Counted from the first letter of the stretch, positions 8,260 to 18,485 are shown. The stretch is 45,898 bases of DNA from Chthonomonadaceae bacterium (GCA_035650735.1 DASRGZ010000161.1:1-45898); one strand, 5' to 3'. Notes: a model not told the origin generated them from the letters alone. Made by a program: numbers and translations.

Positions 8260-9486
8260 TTATGGTTTCCCGACAACCTGATTTCCGGTTGTCAGCGCCA
8301 GGGTCTGTCCCTCCTGGGCGATGTGTGCGCCGGTAAGACTGGTCAGCAGGCGCAGGGGCGCCATCAGCGTGCCTTCCACGACCGTCGGCGCAACGGATAG
8401 CTCCACCTTCGCATTATCTCGCTGCGCCGTCTTCTGGCCCGGCTTCAAGAGAAGGGTGTGCCCCGCGAGAAGGATCTTGCGCGCCCCATGTTCGGCAGGC
8501 AGCATCTGGCCGCCCATTGCCTCCACGACCTCCTTCGCCGGCACGATCCACCGGCCCCGTACATAGGTCGGCGCGACGGGTGCTTTCACGTCCTGTCCGT
8601 TCACCGTGATCGTCTCCTCCGTGCCGACGATACGGTGCGGATAGCCGTCCTTGCGCGCGACGATAGCGCGCAGCTTCCCCTCGTCTACCAGCGGCAGCAG
8701 GCCGTTAGCCCCCAATATCTTCTGTACGTGCGCCAGCGTGGCCTGGCCTGTATCATAGATATCCGGGTACACGCTGAGATAGAACTGGCCGTCGCGCTGG
8801 CCGATCAGGACCGGCTTGTAGACCGAATAGATGGGCATGCCCACCCGGACTTGATCGAACATCTTATGCGCCGCTTCCGGGTAAAGCCGCACGCACCCGT
8901 GCGTGGTCACTCTGCCGACGCTGTGCGGCGCGTTCGTGCTGTGGAACCCAAAGCCGTGCCTGCTCCATCCCATCCACCGGTCGCCGAGCGGGTTCTCCGG
9001 GCCGGGCGGCACCGGCTCGTCTTTGATGTCCTCCCGCTCCACCATATCCGGGGTCGGCTTCCATACCGGATTGAGCTTCTTGTTGGCCAGGTAATACTCG
9101 CCGAGCGCCGTCTGCCAGGAAGGCTTGCCAACGGCGACCGGATAGCGCCCGACCAGATTGCCCTCCCTGAAGACGTAGACGGCCCGCTCCGGCACATTTA
9201 GGACGATCCCCTCCTTCGGGTTGCGCGGCAGAATATGCAGCGTCGGCAGCAGCAGGGTCCGCCCCCGGCGAAGCCGCCGATAGGTTAGGTGGTTGAGCCG
9301 GGCCAGGAAGACCGGATTGATGTCATAATGACGGGCGATCTTCATAAGCGTGTCGCCGCGCTTCACCGTATATTTCGTCTCTTGCCCGACGAGAGGCTGA
9401 ATCTTATCCACAGCCTGTTCCCGGGCGGCACTGACGGAAAGGCTGAGGCTAAGGATAAGCAACGAGATGAACAGGCGCGCTTGCAT
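8260..9486 (-). CDS. L,D-transpeptidase (YkuD) with LysM and C-terminal copper-amine-oxidase N-terminal-like (stalk) domain
   Basis: Signal peptide; YTVKRGDTLMKIA (LysM); YPVAVGK, PGPENPLG, FGFHST...THGCVRL (YkuD); C-terminal APTYVRGRWIVP/APTVVEGTLMAPLR. Confidence 0.88.
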   Translation of the reverse strand: MQARLFISLLILSLSLSVSAAREQAVDKIQPLVGQETKYTVKRGDTLMKIARHYDINPVFLARLNHLTYRRLRRGRTLLLPTLHILPRNPKEGIVLNVPERAVYVFREGNLVGRYPVAVGKPSWQTALGEYYLANKKLNPVWKPTPDMVEREDIKDEPVPPGPENPLGDRWMGWSRHGFGFHSTNAPHSVGRVTTHGCVRLYPEAAHKMFDQVRVGMPIYSVYKPVLIGQRDGQFYLSVYPDIYDTGQATLAHVQKILGANGLLPLVDEGKLRAIVARKDGYPHRIVGTEETITVNGQDVKAPVAPTYVRGRWIVPAKEVVEAMGGQMLPAEHGARKILLAGHTLLLKPGQKTAQRDNAKVELSVAPTVVEGTLMAPLRLLTSLTGAHIAQEGQTLALTTGNQVVGKP

Positions 9487-9650
9487 ATCAAGGTTCTCCT
9501 TCTGGCAGTCTGGCGAGTGCGCTAGAAGACTGTCTACCCGTAGGACGCAGCTTCAGCCCGGACGGTTCGCTGGATTTTGCGCGCGGGCTATGGCAACCTC
9601 CATCAGTTTCAGGTATAGTTTGGAGCAAATACTCTATTCAGGAAGTGATC

Positions 9651-11156
9651 ATGAGCGAAAGCTTGCACCAACTCAAAACGCGTCTCGCCCGTATCTCTCG
9701 GCTGCGCCAGGCGGCAGCCCTGCTCGGCTGGGATCAGCAGACCTATATGCCTCCCGGCGCGGCGGCGGCCCGCGCCGAACAGTCCGCCACATTGAGCCAG
9801 TTGATCCACGAGATGTTTGTGGGCGAGGAGACCGGCAGGCTGCTGGAGAAAGCCGTGGCGGAGACGCAGGGGGTAGATCCCGATAGCGACGACGCGCGGC
9901 TGCTGGCTGTGCTGCGCCGCGACTACGACCGCGCGACCCGACTGCCCACCGAGCTGGTGACCGAGATCGCCCGGCATACGGCGCTCGCGCAGGAGGTCTG
10001 GCAGCGCGCCCGCGCCAACAGCGACTTTGCCGCCTTCGCTCCCGCCCTGGAAAAGATGCTGAACCTGATACGGCAGGAGGCCGAATATCTGGGCTACGAG
10101 CAGCATCCCTACAATGCCTTGCTGGAGGGCTACGAGCCCGGCGCGCGCCAGGCGGAAGTGGCCGCGATGTTTGCCGAGATGAAGCCCCACCTGGTCGCGC
10201 TCACCCAGGCCATTGCCGCCAGCAAGAACCCCATAGACGACCGCCTGCTGTACGGGCATTTCCCCATCGAGAGGCAGCGGGAGCTGACGCTGCACGTGGT
10301 CCAATCCCTGGGCTACGACCTACAACGCGGACGGCAGGACGAGGCGGCTCACCCGTTCTGCTCGGATTTCTCCCGGGACGACGTGCGCATCACGACCCGG
10401 TTCAGCCCGGAATATCTGGCTCAGGCGCTCTACGCCTCCCTGCACGAGGCGGGCCACGCCATGTACGAGCAGGGCTCACCCCCGGAGTACGAGGCCACGC
10501 CGTTGGCGGGCGCGGCGTCGCTGGGCGTCCACGAGAGCCAGTCGCGCCTGTGGGAGAACCTGGTGGGCCGCAGCCGCCCCTTCTGCGCCTACCTGTTTCC
10601 CCAATTACAGCAGACCTTCCCGGACCAATTCGGCAAGGCGGACGTGGAGGCGTACTATCGCGCCATCAACAAGGTCGAGCCCTCGCTCATTCGCGTGGAG
10701 GCCGATGAGGTGACCTACAACCTGCATATCCTGCTGCGCTTCGAGCTGGAGTGCGACCTGCTCACCGGCCAACTGACGGTCAGCGACCTGCCGGAAGCCT
10801 GGAACGCGCGGATGAAAGCGTACCTGGGCGTCACGCCGCCGGACGACGCGCATGGCGTCCTGCAAGATATTCATTGGGCTATCGGCCTCGTCGGCTACTT
10901 CCCGACCTACACCATCGGCAACCTGCTCTCCGCTCAGCTCTGGCACGCGGCCCGCCAGGCCCTGCCTGACCTGGATGCCCAGATCGCGCGCGGCGAGTTC
11001 GCGCCTCTGCTCGGTTGGCTCCGTCAAAATGTCCACCGCTACGGACGCAAGTACCTGCCCGGCGAACTGGCCGTCAAGGCGACCGGCGAACCGCTGACCT
11101 CCCGCTACTATGTGGACTACCTGACCGCCAAGTTCCGCGACCTCTACAGTTTGTAA
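9651..11156 (+). CDS. Thermostable carboxypeptidase 1 (peptidase M32)
   Basis: WDQQTYMP, HPF, DVRITTR, LHEAGHAMYEQG (HExxH), HESQS, IRVEADE, QDIHW, GYFPTY. Confidence 0.95.
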   Translation: MSESLHQLKTRLARISRLRQAAALLGWDQQTYMPPGAAAARAEQSATLSQLIHEMFVGEETGRLLEKAVAETQGVDPDSDDARLLAVLRRDYDRATRLPTELVTEIARHTALAQEVWQRARANSDFAAFAPALEKMLNLIRQEAEYLGYEQHPYNALLEGYEPGARQAEVAAMFAEMKPHLVALTQAIAASKNPIDDRLLYGHFPIERQRELTLHVVQSLGYDLQRGRQDEAAHPFCSDFSRDDVRITTRFSPEYLAQALYASLHEAGHAMYEQGSPPEYEATPLAGAASLGVHESQSRLWENLVGRSRPFCAYLFPQLQQTFPDQFGKADVEAYYRAINKVEPSLIRVEADEVTYNLHILLRFELECDLLTGQLTVSDLPEAWNARMKAYLGVTPPDDAHGVLQDIHWAIGLVGYFPTYTIGNLLSAQLWHAARQALPDLDAQIARGEFAPLLGWLRQNVHRYGRKYLPGELAVKATGEPLTSRYYVDYLTAKFRDLYSL

Positions 11157-11161
11157 AAACG

Positions 11162-11897
11162 AACCACCCGCTGCGCTAGAGGCACAGAGACACAGAGGAA
11201 ATACAAGAGAGAAAAACAAAGTAAACAAGGAAGAAACAGAATGAACCAGATGCTCCTGCGCTGGTACTGACAGGTTTTTGGCAAGCTTATCAGCCGGTTC
11301 CATTCTGTCTGAAGTTTGGTCTTCTTGTCCTTTGTCTTTCTCTGTCTTTGCTTTTCCTCTGTGTCTCTGTGTCTCTAGCGTAGCGGGTGGTTTACATTCT
11401 ATGACGGAGGATAAAGCAGAGTGGATAGAGAAGAGAGCAAACAACTAACCGAGAAAATTATCGGCTGCGCTATTGAGGTACATCGTGTGCTGGGGCCAGG
11501 ATTGCTTGAATCGGCCTACGAAGAGTGTCTCTGTTATGAGTTGGAACAGAACGGCATGACGTGCGAGCGCCAGATTCCGCTACCCGTCCTCTACAAAGGC
11601 GTGCAACTAGAATGCGGTTATCGTATGGATGTCGTCGTCAATGAAACGGTACTGCTGGAATTGAAAACGGTGGATGCCCTCCTGCCCATTCATGAAGCGC
11701 AACTGCTCACCTACCTGAAATTGAGCGGCCTACCTGTCGGCCTCTTGCTCAACTTTCACACCTCTGTTCTCCGCGACGGCATCCGCCGCCGCGTACTCTA
11801 ATTTTGCTATGTCTCTTTGTCTTTGGCTTTTCTCTTTGCTTTTCTCTTGTCTTTGTTGTTCCTCTGTGTCTCTGTGCCTCTAGCGCAGCGGGTGGTT
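11162..11897. repeat. Three 39-bp repeat arms around the GxxExxY gene (L 11162-11200 forward; R1 11354-11392 and R2 11859-11897 inverted)
   Basis: AACCACCCGCTGCGCTAGAGGCACAGAGACACAGAGGAA; R2 is its perfect reverse complement and R1 has 2 mismatches; the inner side of each arm is a purine- or pyrimidine-skewed tract. Confidence 0.9.
11421..11801 (+). CDS. GxxExxY protein (PD-(D/E)XK nuclease-like)
   Basis: IIGCAIEVHRVLGPGLLESAYEECL, YRMDVVV, LELKTV, AQLLTYLKL, GLLLNF; GTG start after GGAGG. Confidence 0.95.
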   Translation: MDREESKQLTEKIIGCAIEVHRVLGPGLLESAYEECLCYELEQNGMTCERQIPLPVLYKGVQLECGYRMDVVVNETVLLELKTVDALLPIHEAQLLTYLKLSGLPVGLLLNFHTSVLRDGIRRRVL

Positions 11898-11916
11898 TAT
11901 TTGCGGGTGGTTTCTA

Positions 11917-13986
11917 ATGCAAAGTGATTTGCGGCAGATAAAAGAGGATATTCTGGCGCGCAGCGATATTGTCGAGATCATCGGCCAGCACACGCGGCTG
12001 AAAAAGTCCGGCAAGAACTGGACGGGCCTCTGCCCCTTCCACGCCGACAAGCGCCCCTCGTTCAGCGTCAACCAGGAGCTGCAATACTATCGCTGCTGGT
12101 CCTGCGGCGAAAAGGGCGACCTCATCACCTTTGTCCAGAAGAAGGAAAACCTGGATTTTATCGAGGCGCTGGAATGGCTGGCGCGGCGGGCCGGGATTCC
12201 GTTCGAGCGTATGGCGGTCAACCCGGAGCGGGCCAGCGAGCGGGAACAGATGTTGGAGCTCAACCGCCTGGCCGTCCAGTTCTTTCAGGACCGGCTTGCG
12301 AAGAGCACCGAAGCCCAGACGTACCTTGCCGGGCGCGCTATCCTCAAGGAGACGCAGGAGAAGTTCCAGATCGGGTACGCCCCGCCCGATTGGGAAGCCC
12401 TGGTCTTCTATCTCCAGCGGAAGCGCGCCGACCTGAAGCTCGCGGCGAAAATCGGCCTGATCAAAGCGCGCCAGCAGGAGGGCACCGGCTACTACGACAC
12501 CTTCCGCAACCGCCTGATGTTTCCCATCCAGGATGTCAACGAGCGCGTCATCGCCTTTGGCGGGCGGGCGCTGGGCGACGACCCGGCCAAGTACCTCAAC
12601 TCCGAGCAGTCCGACCTGTTTGACAAGTCCCGCACGCTCTACGGCCTCTGCTTTGCCCGCAAGAAGCTCTCCAGCGACACGCCGGCGGTCTTTGTGGAAG
12701 GGTACGTGGATGTGGTGACCGCGCACCAAGCCGGTTTTACGCAGTGCGTCGCCACGCTCGGCACCTCTATGACCGAGGAGCACGCTCGGATGCTGGCCCG
12801 TTACAACCCGCGCGTCATCATCTGCTACGACGGCGACGCGGCGGGCATCAAGGCGACCCTGCGCGGCGCGACCGTCTGGGAGTCCATCGGCGTGGAGGGC
12901 GCGGAGGTGCGCGTGGCCCGCCTGCCGGAAGGCGACGACCCCGACTCGCTGCTGCGCCGGGGCGAGACCGCCGCGTTCCAGGCCGCGCTGGATAATGCCG
13001 TGCCGCGCGTGGACTTCCAGATCGAGCTTGTTCTCAAGCAGCACAACCTCCAGACGGAGGACGGGCGCGACTCCGCGCTGGCCGAGATCATTCCCATCCT
13101 GGCCTCGGTGAAGTCGCTGACGCAGCGCGACCGCTACGCGCAGCGCCTGGCGCATCTGCATCCCTCCCACCGCTATAACATCGCGCGGGCCATCGAGCAG
13201 ATTCTGGCGGACGCGGAGTCTTACGTCCGACTCTCGCGTGACGGCCAGGCTCCCCGCGACCGCAACTATCCGCTGACGCAAGCCAGCAATCGCGGCCCAC
13301 TGGCCGAACAGCCCCCGCCGCCCATGTATCGCCCTGCTGATCCCCACCAGGCCTGGCCCATGACGCGCGAAATTATTCGCAAGGGCGGAAACAAGGAGGA
13401 AACCGGGCGCGGACGTGGAAACTATAGCGGTAATAAACGGCGCTTCGCGGAAGGGCCGATAGGCGACCCGACGCCGCCTCCGCGCGTGCCCCCCACGCTC
13501 ACCGGCGCAGAAAAGGCCGAGCGGCAACTGCTGCGTGCTCTGTTCAGCCCGGAGTGGCGGGCCTTCATTCTGGGCCGCCTGCGCTCCGATCTGCTGATTA
13601 CGCCGCAGGGGCATCAGTTGCTCGCGCGAATCGCGCGCACGCCGGCCACGCCCGAAGGCGGCATTGACCCGCTCTCCCTGCTGCGCCAGGTCGAAAGCGA
13701 GGAAGAGCAGGCGGAGACCGAGGCCGTAAAATTATCTGTTTTTATCCGCGAACTTTTGGAGGAGTCGCCCTTTCTGGTGTCGAATGAACTACTCAACGAA
13801 GCTGCTGTGAGCGATTGCATTCATCGGTTGGCAAAGCATCGGCAGGATCAGGAGCAGCGCGAGCTGGCCGAGATGCTGCAACGAATCGAGATGCTGCCGC
13901 CGGAGGAACGCCGCGCTTACATTGAACACTATCACCAGAAAGTGCGTGAACGCAGAGGATCGGCGCCCGCCGCTGACGGCGGATAG
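11917..13986 (+). CDS. dnaG: DNA primase
   Basis: CHC2 zinc finger CPFH...CWSC, FRNRLMFPI, FGGR, KYLNS, TOPRIM VEGYVD, YDGDAAG, DPD; upstream of rpoD. Confidence 0.97.
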   Translation: MQSDLRQIKEDILARSDIVEIIGQHTRLKKSGKNWTGLCPFHADKRPSFSVNQELQYYRCWSCGEKGDLITFVQKKENLDFIEALEWLARRAGIPFERMAVNPERASEREQMLELNRLAVQFFQDRLAKSTEAQTYLAGRAILKETQEKFQIGYAPPDWEALVFYLQRKRADLKLAAKIGLIKARQQEGTGYYDTFRNRLMFPIQDVNERVIAFGGRALGDDPAKYLNSEQSDLFDKSRTLYGLCFARKKLSSDTPAVFVEGYVDVVTAHQAGFTQCVATLGTSMTEEHARMLARYNPRVIICYDGDAAGIKATLRGATVWESIGVEGAEVRVARLPEGDDPDSLLRRGETAAFQAALDNAVPRVDFQIELVLKQHNLQTEDGRDSALAEIIPILASVKSLTQRDRYAQRLAHLHPSHRYNIARAIEQILADAESYVRLSRDGQAPRDRNYPLTQASNRGPLAEQPPPPMYRPADPHQAWPMTREIIRKGGNKEETGRGRGNYSGNKRRFAEGPIGDPTPPPRVPPTLTGAEKAERQLLRALFSPEWRAFILGRLRSDLLITPQGHQLLARIARTPATPEGGIDPLSLLRQVESEEEQAETEAVKLSVFIRELLEESPFLVSNELLNEAAVSDCIHRLAKHRQDQEQRELAEMLQRIEMLPPEERRAYIEHYHQKVRERRGSAPAADGG

Positions 13987-14139
13987 GCTGCCGAGCGCTC
14001 ATCCAGCGGTTCGCCGTCCATCGGTTGCCGCGCAATCTCTCTGGCACGCAGAAGAACACGGGGCTTCCGGCTTTGGCCTGGCAGTCAGGGCGTCATCGGC
14101 TGTCGGGCGTCTGCGCCGGGAGAGTCCGGCAGAGGCACG

Positions 14140-15339
<1,200 letters not shown>

Positions 15340-15345
15340 AGATTC

Positions 15346-15594
15346 CAACAGGATGAACAGGATTTTTCAGGATTTACAGGATTAGGGCTAGAGAGACAGA
15401 AGCCTTCCCGTCCACTAAAACAAGAGGCATAGGGGCTTAGTAGTCCATCCAGGTAGAACGTTGGCATAGCCTTGAGATAGACGGAATGCTAGGCTTATCT
15501 CATTACTCATACAAACTTTCTACCTTGAAGGAGTATTAGTTGGTTGGGTTTTAGAAATCCTGTTTAATCCTGCTTAATCCTGTTCATCCTGTTG
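15346..15594. repeat. Inverted-repeat element built from CAGGAT units around an AT-rich core
   Basis: Perfect 19-bp IR CAACAGGATGAACAGGATT (15346-15364) / AATCCTGTTCATCCTGTTG (15576-15594); four CAGGAT units per arm at 9-10 bp spacing. Confidence 0.85.
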
Positions 15595-15615
15595 AAAGGT
15601 TTTTCTAAAGACGGG

Positions 15616-15644
15616 TTGCTATTTAGGCCGAGGTATGATACAAT
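15616..15644 (+). promoter_or_regulatory. Sigma70-type promoter of tRNA-Ser
   Basis: TTGCTA-17 bp-TACAAT with TG extended -10, 14 bp before the tRNA 5' end. Confidence 0.7.
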
Positions 15645-15658
15645 AAGCCCGTTACTGC

Positions 15659-15749
15659 GGAGAGATGGCTGAGTGGTCGAAAGCGGCTGCCTGCTAAGCA
15701 GTTGTAGGAGGATTTTCTCCTACCCCGGGTTCGAATCCCGGTCTCTCCG
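15659..15749 (+). tRNA. tRNA-Ser (anticodon GCT), CCA not encoded
   Basis: Acceptor GGAGAGA/TCTCTCC plus G discriminator; D-loop GAGTGGTCGAA; anticodon arm GCTGC-CTGCTAA-GCAGT; long variable arm; T arm CCGGG-TTCGAAT-CCCGG. Confidence 0.97.
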
Positions 15750-15837
15750 CTTTTCCGCTTTTGTGCCCTCCGACGCCCCGACGCGGCGGACCCGGCTGCG
15801 TTACACCCTGACCCAACGACACGAGGTATCCCCGCCT

Positions 15838-17001
15838 GTGACACCACGAGCCTTTTTTGTCGCCTCACGCCGTCTCTTGCCTTTGCTGGCGGTCCTGTGC
15901 CTGGGCGCTCCCGGCACGGCGGCCTCCGCCAGCTCCGGGCGGCAGTTCGTCGCCCTGCGCAGCAAGCTCCATTGCGACACACACCTGACCTATAACCAGG
16001 TGCAGGCCGATCCGTCCGCCTATGTCGGGCGCGTGCTAGAGCTGCGCGGCAGCGTCTGTGGCACAATGGAGACGGCCAGCGGCCTGTCTATCCTGCTCAA
16101 CCAGCCTGATAAGAGTGCCGTCAATCTGGACGTCCCCAGATCGCAAGCGGGGCCGTTGATGGAGGGCAGCACGCCGCATCTGCGGGCGCTGGTGAAAGTG
16201 CTGGAGGGCAGCAGCGGCAACGTGGTGGCGCTGAAGGTGCTGGCGGTCGCCTACGATAGCGAGGTGGATATCGCCGAGCGGGAAGCGGCCTCGCGGGCAG
16301 AAGCGGCCCGTCGCGCCGCCCAGATCCATCAGCAGAACGAGATGGCGCTGCAATCTCGAAGCTCCTGGCGCTCGCGTGCTGGGGCCCGGCGCTACGGAGG
16401 AAGTCGCGCCGTTTACGCTGCGCGCGGCGGTTTCTCCCGCTCGGTGGGAATGGGAGGCGATCTCGAAAGCCTGGCCCGCTACTACGATCCCTACCTCGGC
16501 CCGCGCGTCAAGCCGCTCTTCCGGCCCTACTGCCAGTTCATCGCCGGCCAGAACTCCCGCCTGACCGCTGACATGGCCGGGCTGATCACCGCCAGCCTGC
16601 TCGTCTATGCCGACCGCTACAACGTAGACCCGCGCCTAATAGTGGCCATGATCATCGCCGAATCCAACTTCAACCCGGAGGCCACGTCACGAGTCGGCGC
16701 TATGGGGCTGGGGCAACTGATGCCCGGCACGGCCCGCTCCCTGGGCGTCAACAACGCCTACGATCCGGTACAAAACCTGGGCGGATCCATCAACTACCTG
16801 CGCAGCCGTCTCGATACGTTCGCGGATAAGGCGCTGCCCGGCGGCGGCGTGAGCCTGGAACAGGCCGCCTATGCCCTGGCCGCCTATAACGCCGGCGTCG
16901 GCGCCGTCAAGAAGTACCACGGCATCCCGCCTTACCGCGAGACGCAAGCCTACGTGCGTCGCATCATAGACATTTACCAGCAGCTTTGCCAGGGTGGCTA
17001 A
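15838..17001 (+). CDS. Lytic transglycosylase (SLT domain) with signal peptide
   Basis: AMIIAESNFNPEATSRVGAMGLGQLMPGTA, ALAAYNAG, PPYRETQAYV; start moved to GTG 15838 (RBS GAGGT) because the track start lies inside the tRNA. Confidence 0.9.
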   Translation: MTPRAFFVASRRLLPLLAVLCLGAPGTAASASSGRQFVALRSKLHCDTHLTYNQVQADPSAYVGRVLELRGSVCGTMETASGLSILLNQPDKSAVNLDVPRSQAGPLMEGSTPHLRALVKVLEGSSGNVVALKVLAVAYDSEVDIAEREAASRAEAARRAAQIHQQNEMALQSRSSWRSRAGARRYGGSRAVYAARGGFSRSVGMGGDLESLARYYDPYLGPRVKPLFRPYCQFIAGQNSRLTADMAGLITASLLVYADRYNVDPRLIVAMIIAESNFNPEATSRVGAMGLGQLMPGTARSLGVNNAYDPVQNLGGSINYLRSRLDTFADKALPGGGVSLEQAAYALAAYNAGVGAVKKYHGIPPYRETQAYVRRIIDIYQQLCQGG

Positions 17002-17036
17002 TAAACGAACCAGTCCTTCCGTTTTCCGCACTCCAC

Positions 17037-17172
17037 GCCGGGCATTGAAATACCCGTCTGGAGGGCCTACGGCCAGGCGTCCTCCGGACGCACAGCCAAG
17101 CCGGGTGGTTCCGTCCGCGAGGACGGTTGGCGGCGTAGCCGCCCTACAGCCGGGCACTGAAAGTACCCGGCT
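17037..17172. repeat. REP/REPIN-like element, family A, copy 2 (no insert), between convergent genes
   Basis: GCCGGGCATTGAAATACCCGTCTG...GGCGTCCTCCGGACG...CGTCCGCGAGGACGGTTGGCGGCG...AGCCGGGCACTGAAAGTACCCGGCT; colinear with 2251-2493. Confidence 0.75.
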
Positions 17173-17213
17173 GGGGATGCCGACCAGACGGGTCATTTAT
17201 GGCCCGGCAAGTT

Positions 17214-18263
17214 TTACAGAAGCAGGCGCGTGCCCCGGCCCAGGCGACTGTCTGCGGCGATAACGGGCACCGCGCCTGCGCTTTCGTTTTCCCCGCCCTC
17301 TATCACGACCTCATCCTCCAGTGCGGTTCCCTCGTCCAGAATGACCCCGCGCAGGCGTACCTGCCTGCCGATGGTGACGTTATCCATCACAACGCAGTCT
17401 TCCAGGCGCGACTCGTCCCCGATACGGCAGTTGACGCCGATAGCCGTCTGGCCGCTGATGTAAGCGCTAGGGGCGATCTCGGCGCCCTCCCCGATGGCTA
17501 TTCCCGGCAGGGCCGTCTTGACGGCCCCGGAGAGCACGGCCCTCGTGGCTGTCAGAAGCTGCTCGACCCGCCCGACATCCATCCAGAAGCCTCCCGGCGC
17601 CATACCGTAGATGGCCGCGCCTTCCGCAAGCAGCGTCGGGTAGATGTCACGCTCGATGGAGGAGGGCACGCCGGCAGGGATGCGCGCGATGAACTCCGGC
17701 TCCAGAATGTAGAAACCGGCGTTGATGAAATCGGTGCCGGTGGGCATGGGATGGGGGCTAGCCGCCAGCGCCTTCTTGGTCTCCTCGCTCGGCTCGCGCC
17801 ATTCCCGCACGCGCCCTTCCGTGTCCAGGATCAGCACGCCGAAGGGATTGGGGGCAGGCACCTCGGCCAGCGTGATGGTGGCCAGCGCCTGCTTGCGGCG
17901 GTGGAAGTCCAGGAGGACGCGGAGGTTGAAATCGGTAAGCACGTCCCCGTTGAAGACGGCCACCGTCTCGCCGGGAAACAGCGCGGCGGCGTTGCGAATG
18001 GCGCCTCCCGTGCCCAGGGGCGTCTCCTCCAGGGCGTAGCGCATACGCACGCCAAAGCGCGCGCCGTCTCCGAAGTGGCTCTCGATGCGCTCGGCCATGT
18101 AGTTAGTGGCAAAGACGATGTCGTCAATGCCGTGGGCGCGCAGGAGGGCCACCTGGTATTCCAGGAAGGGCCGGTTGGCGACAGGAACGAGCGGCTTGGG
18201 ACGGCGGTAGGTGAGCGGGCGCAGGCGCGTTCCCAATCCGCCCGCAATGATAATTCCCTTCAT
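17214..18263 (-). CDS. NDP-sugar synthase (mannose-1-phosphate guanylyltransferase-like)
   Basis: IIIAGGLGTRLRPLT..PKPL, EETPLGTGGA, NGDV, INAGFY, WMDVG, C-terminal hexapeptide beta-helix. Confidence 0.92.
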   Translation of the reverse strand: MKGIIIAGGLGTRLRPLTYRRPKPLVPVANRPFLEYQVALLRAHGIDDIVFATNYMAERIESHFGDGARFGVRMRYALEETPLGTGGAIRNAAALFPGETVAVFNGDVLTDFNLRVLLDFHRRKQALATITLAEVPAPNPFGVLILDTEGRVREWREPSEETKKALAASPHPMPTGTDFINAGFYILEPEFIARIPAGVPSSIERDIYPTLLAEGAAIYGMAPGGFWMDVGRVEQLLTATRAVLSGAVKTALPGIAIGEGAEIAPSAYISGQTAIGVNCRIGDESRLEDCVVMDNVTIGRQVRLRGVILDEGTALEDEVVIEGGENESAGAVPVIAADSRLGRGTRLLL

Positions 18264-18401
18264 ACGCAGTGCATACCCTATGGAGAGTACAAGGGGCTTC
18301 CTTTGAGAGAAAATTGAGCGTCCTTGTGTATGTTGGCGATTTCGGGGCCGACTCTTTATCCCAGGGGGAGGCCGTTTCCGCCCGGCTGCCCCTCTTCCCG
18401 A

Positions 18402-18430
18402 ATAGTAGCACAGGCCCCGCCGACTGTCAA
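18402..18430 (-). promoter_or_regulatory. Sigma70-type promoter for the NDP-sugar synthase
   Basis: Minus strand TTGACA-17 bp-TACTAT with TG extended -10. Confidence 0.7.
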
Positions 18431-18485
18431 CCGAAATCCAGGGGGATTAAGAAGGCTATCTTGTAGCCGCTTCTGTCGGCCAGAG

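Noticed and set aside
11914..13614. 566-aa minus-strand ORF
   Set aside because: Antisense shadow of dnaG, typical of high-GC codon bias.
15659..15749. tRNA-Ser as an island or prophage attachment site
   Set aside because: No integrase nearby, and I saw no duplicate of the tRNA 3' end in the window.
15673..15837. Track start of the transglycosylase ORF
   Set aside because: Overlaps tRNA-Ser; GTG 15838 has an RBS and gives a signal peptide.
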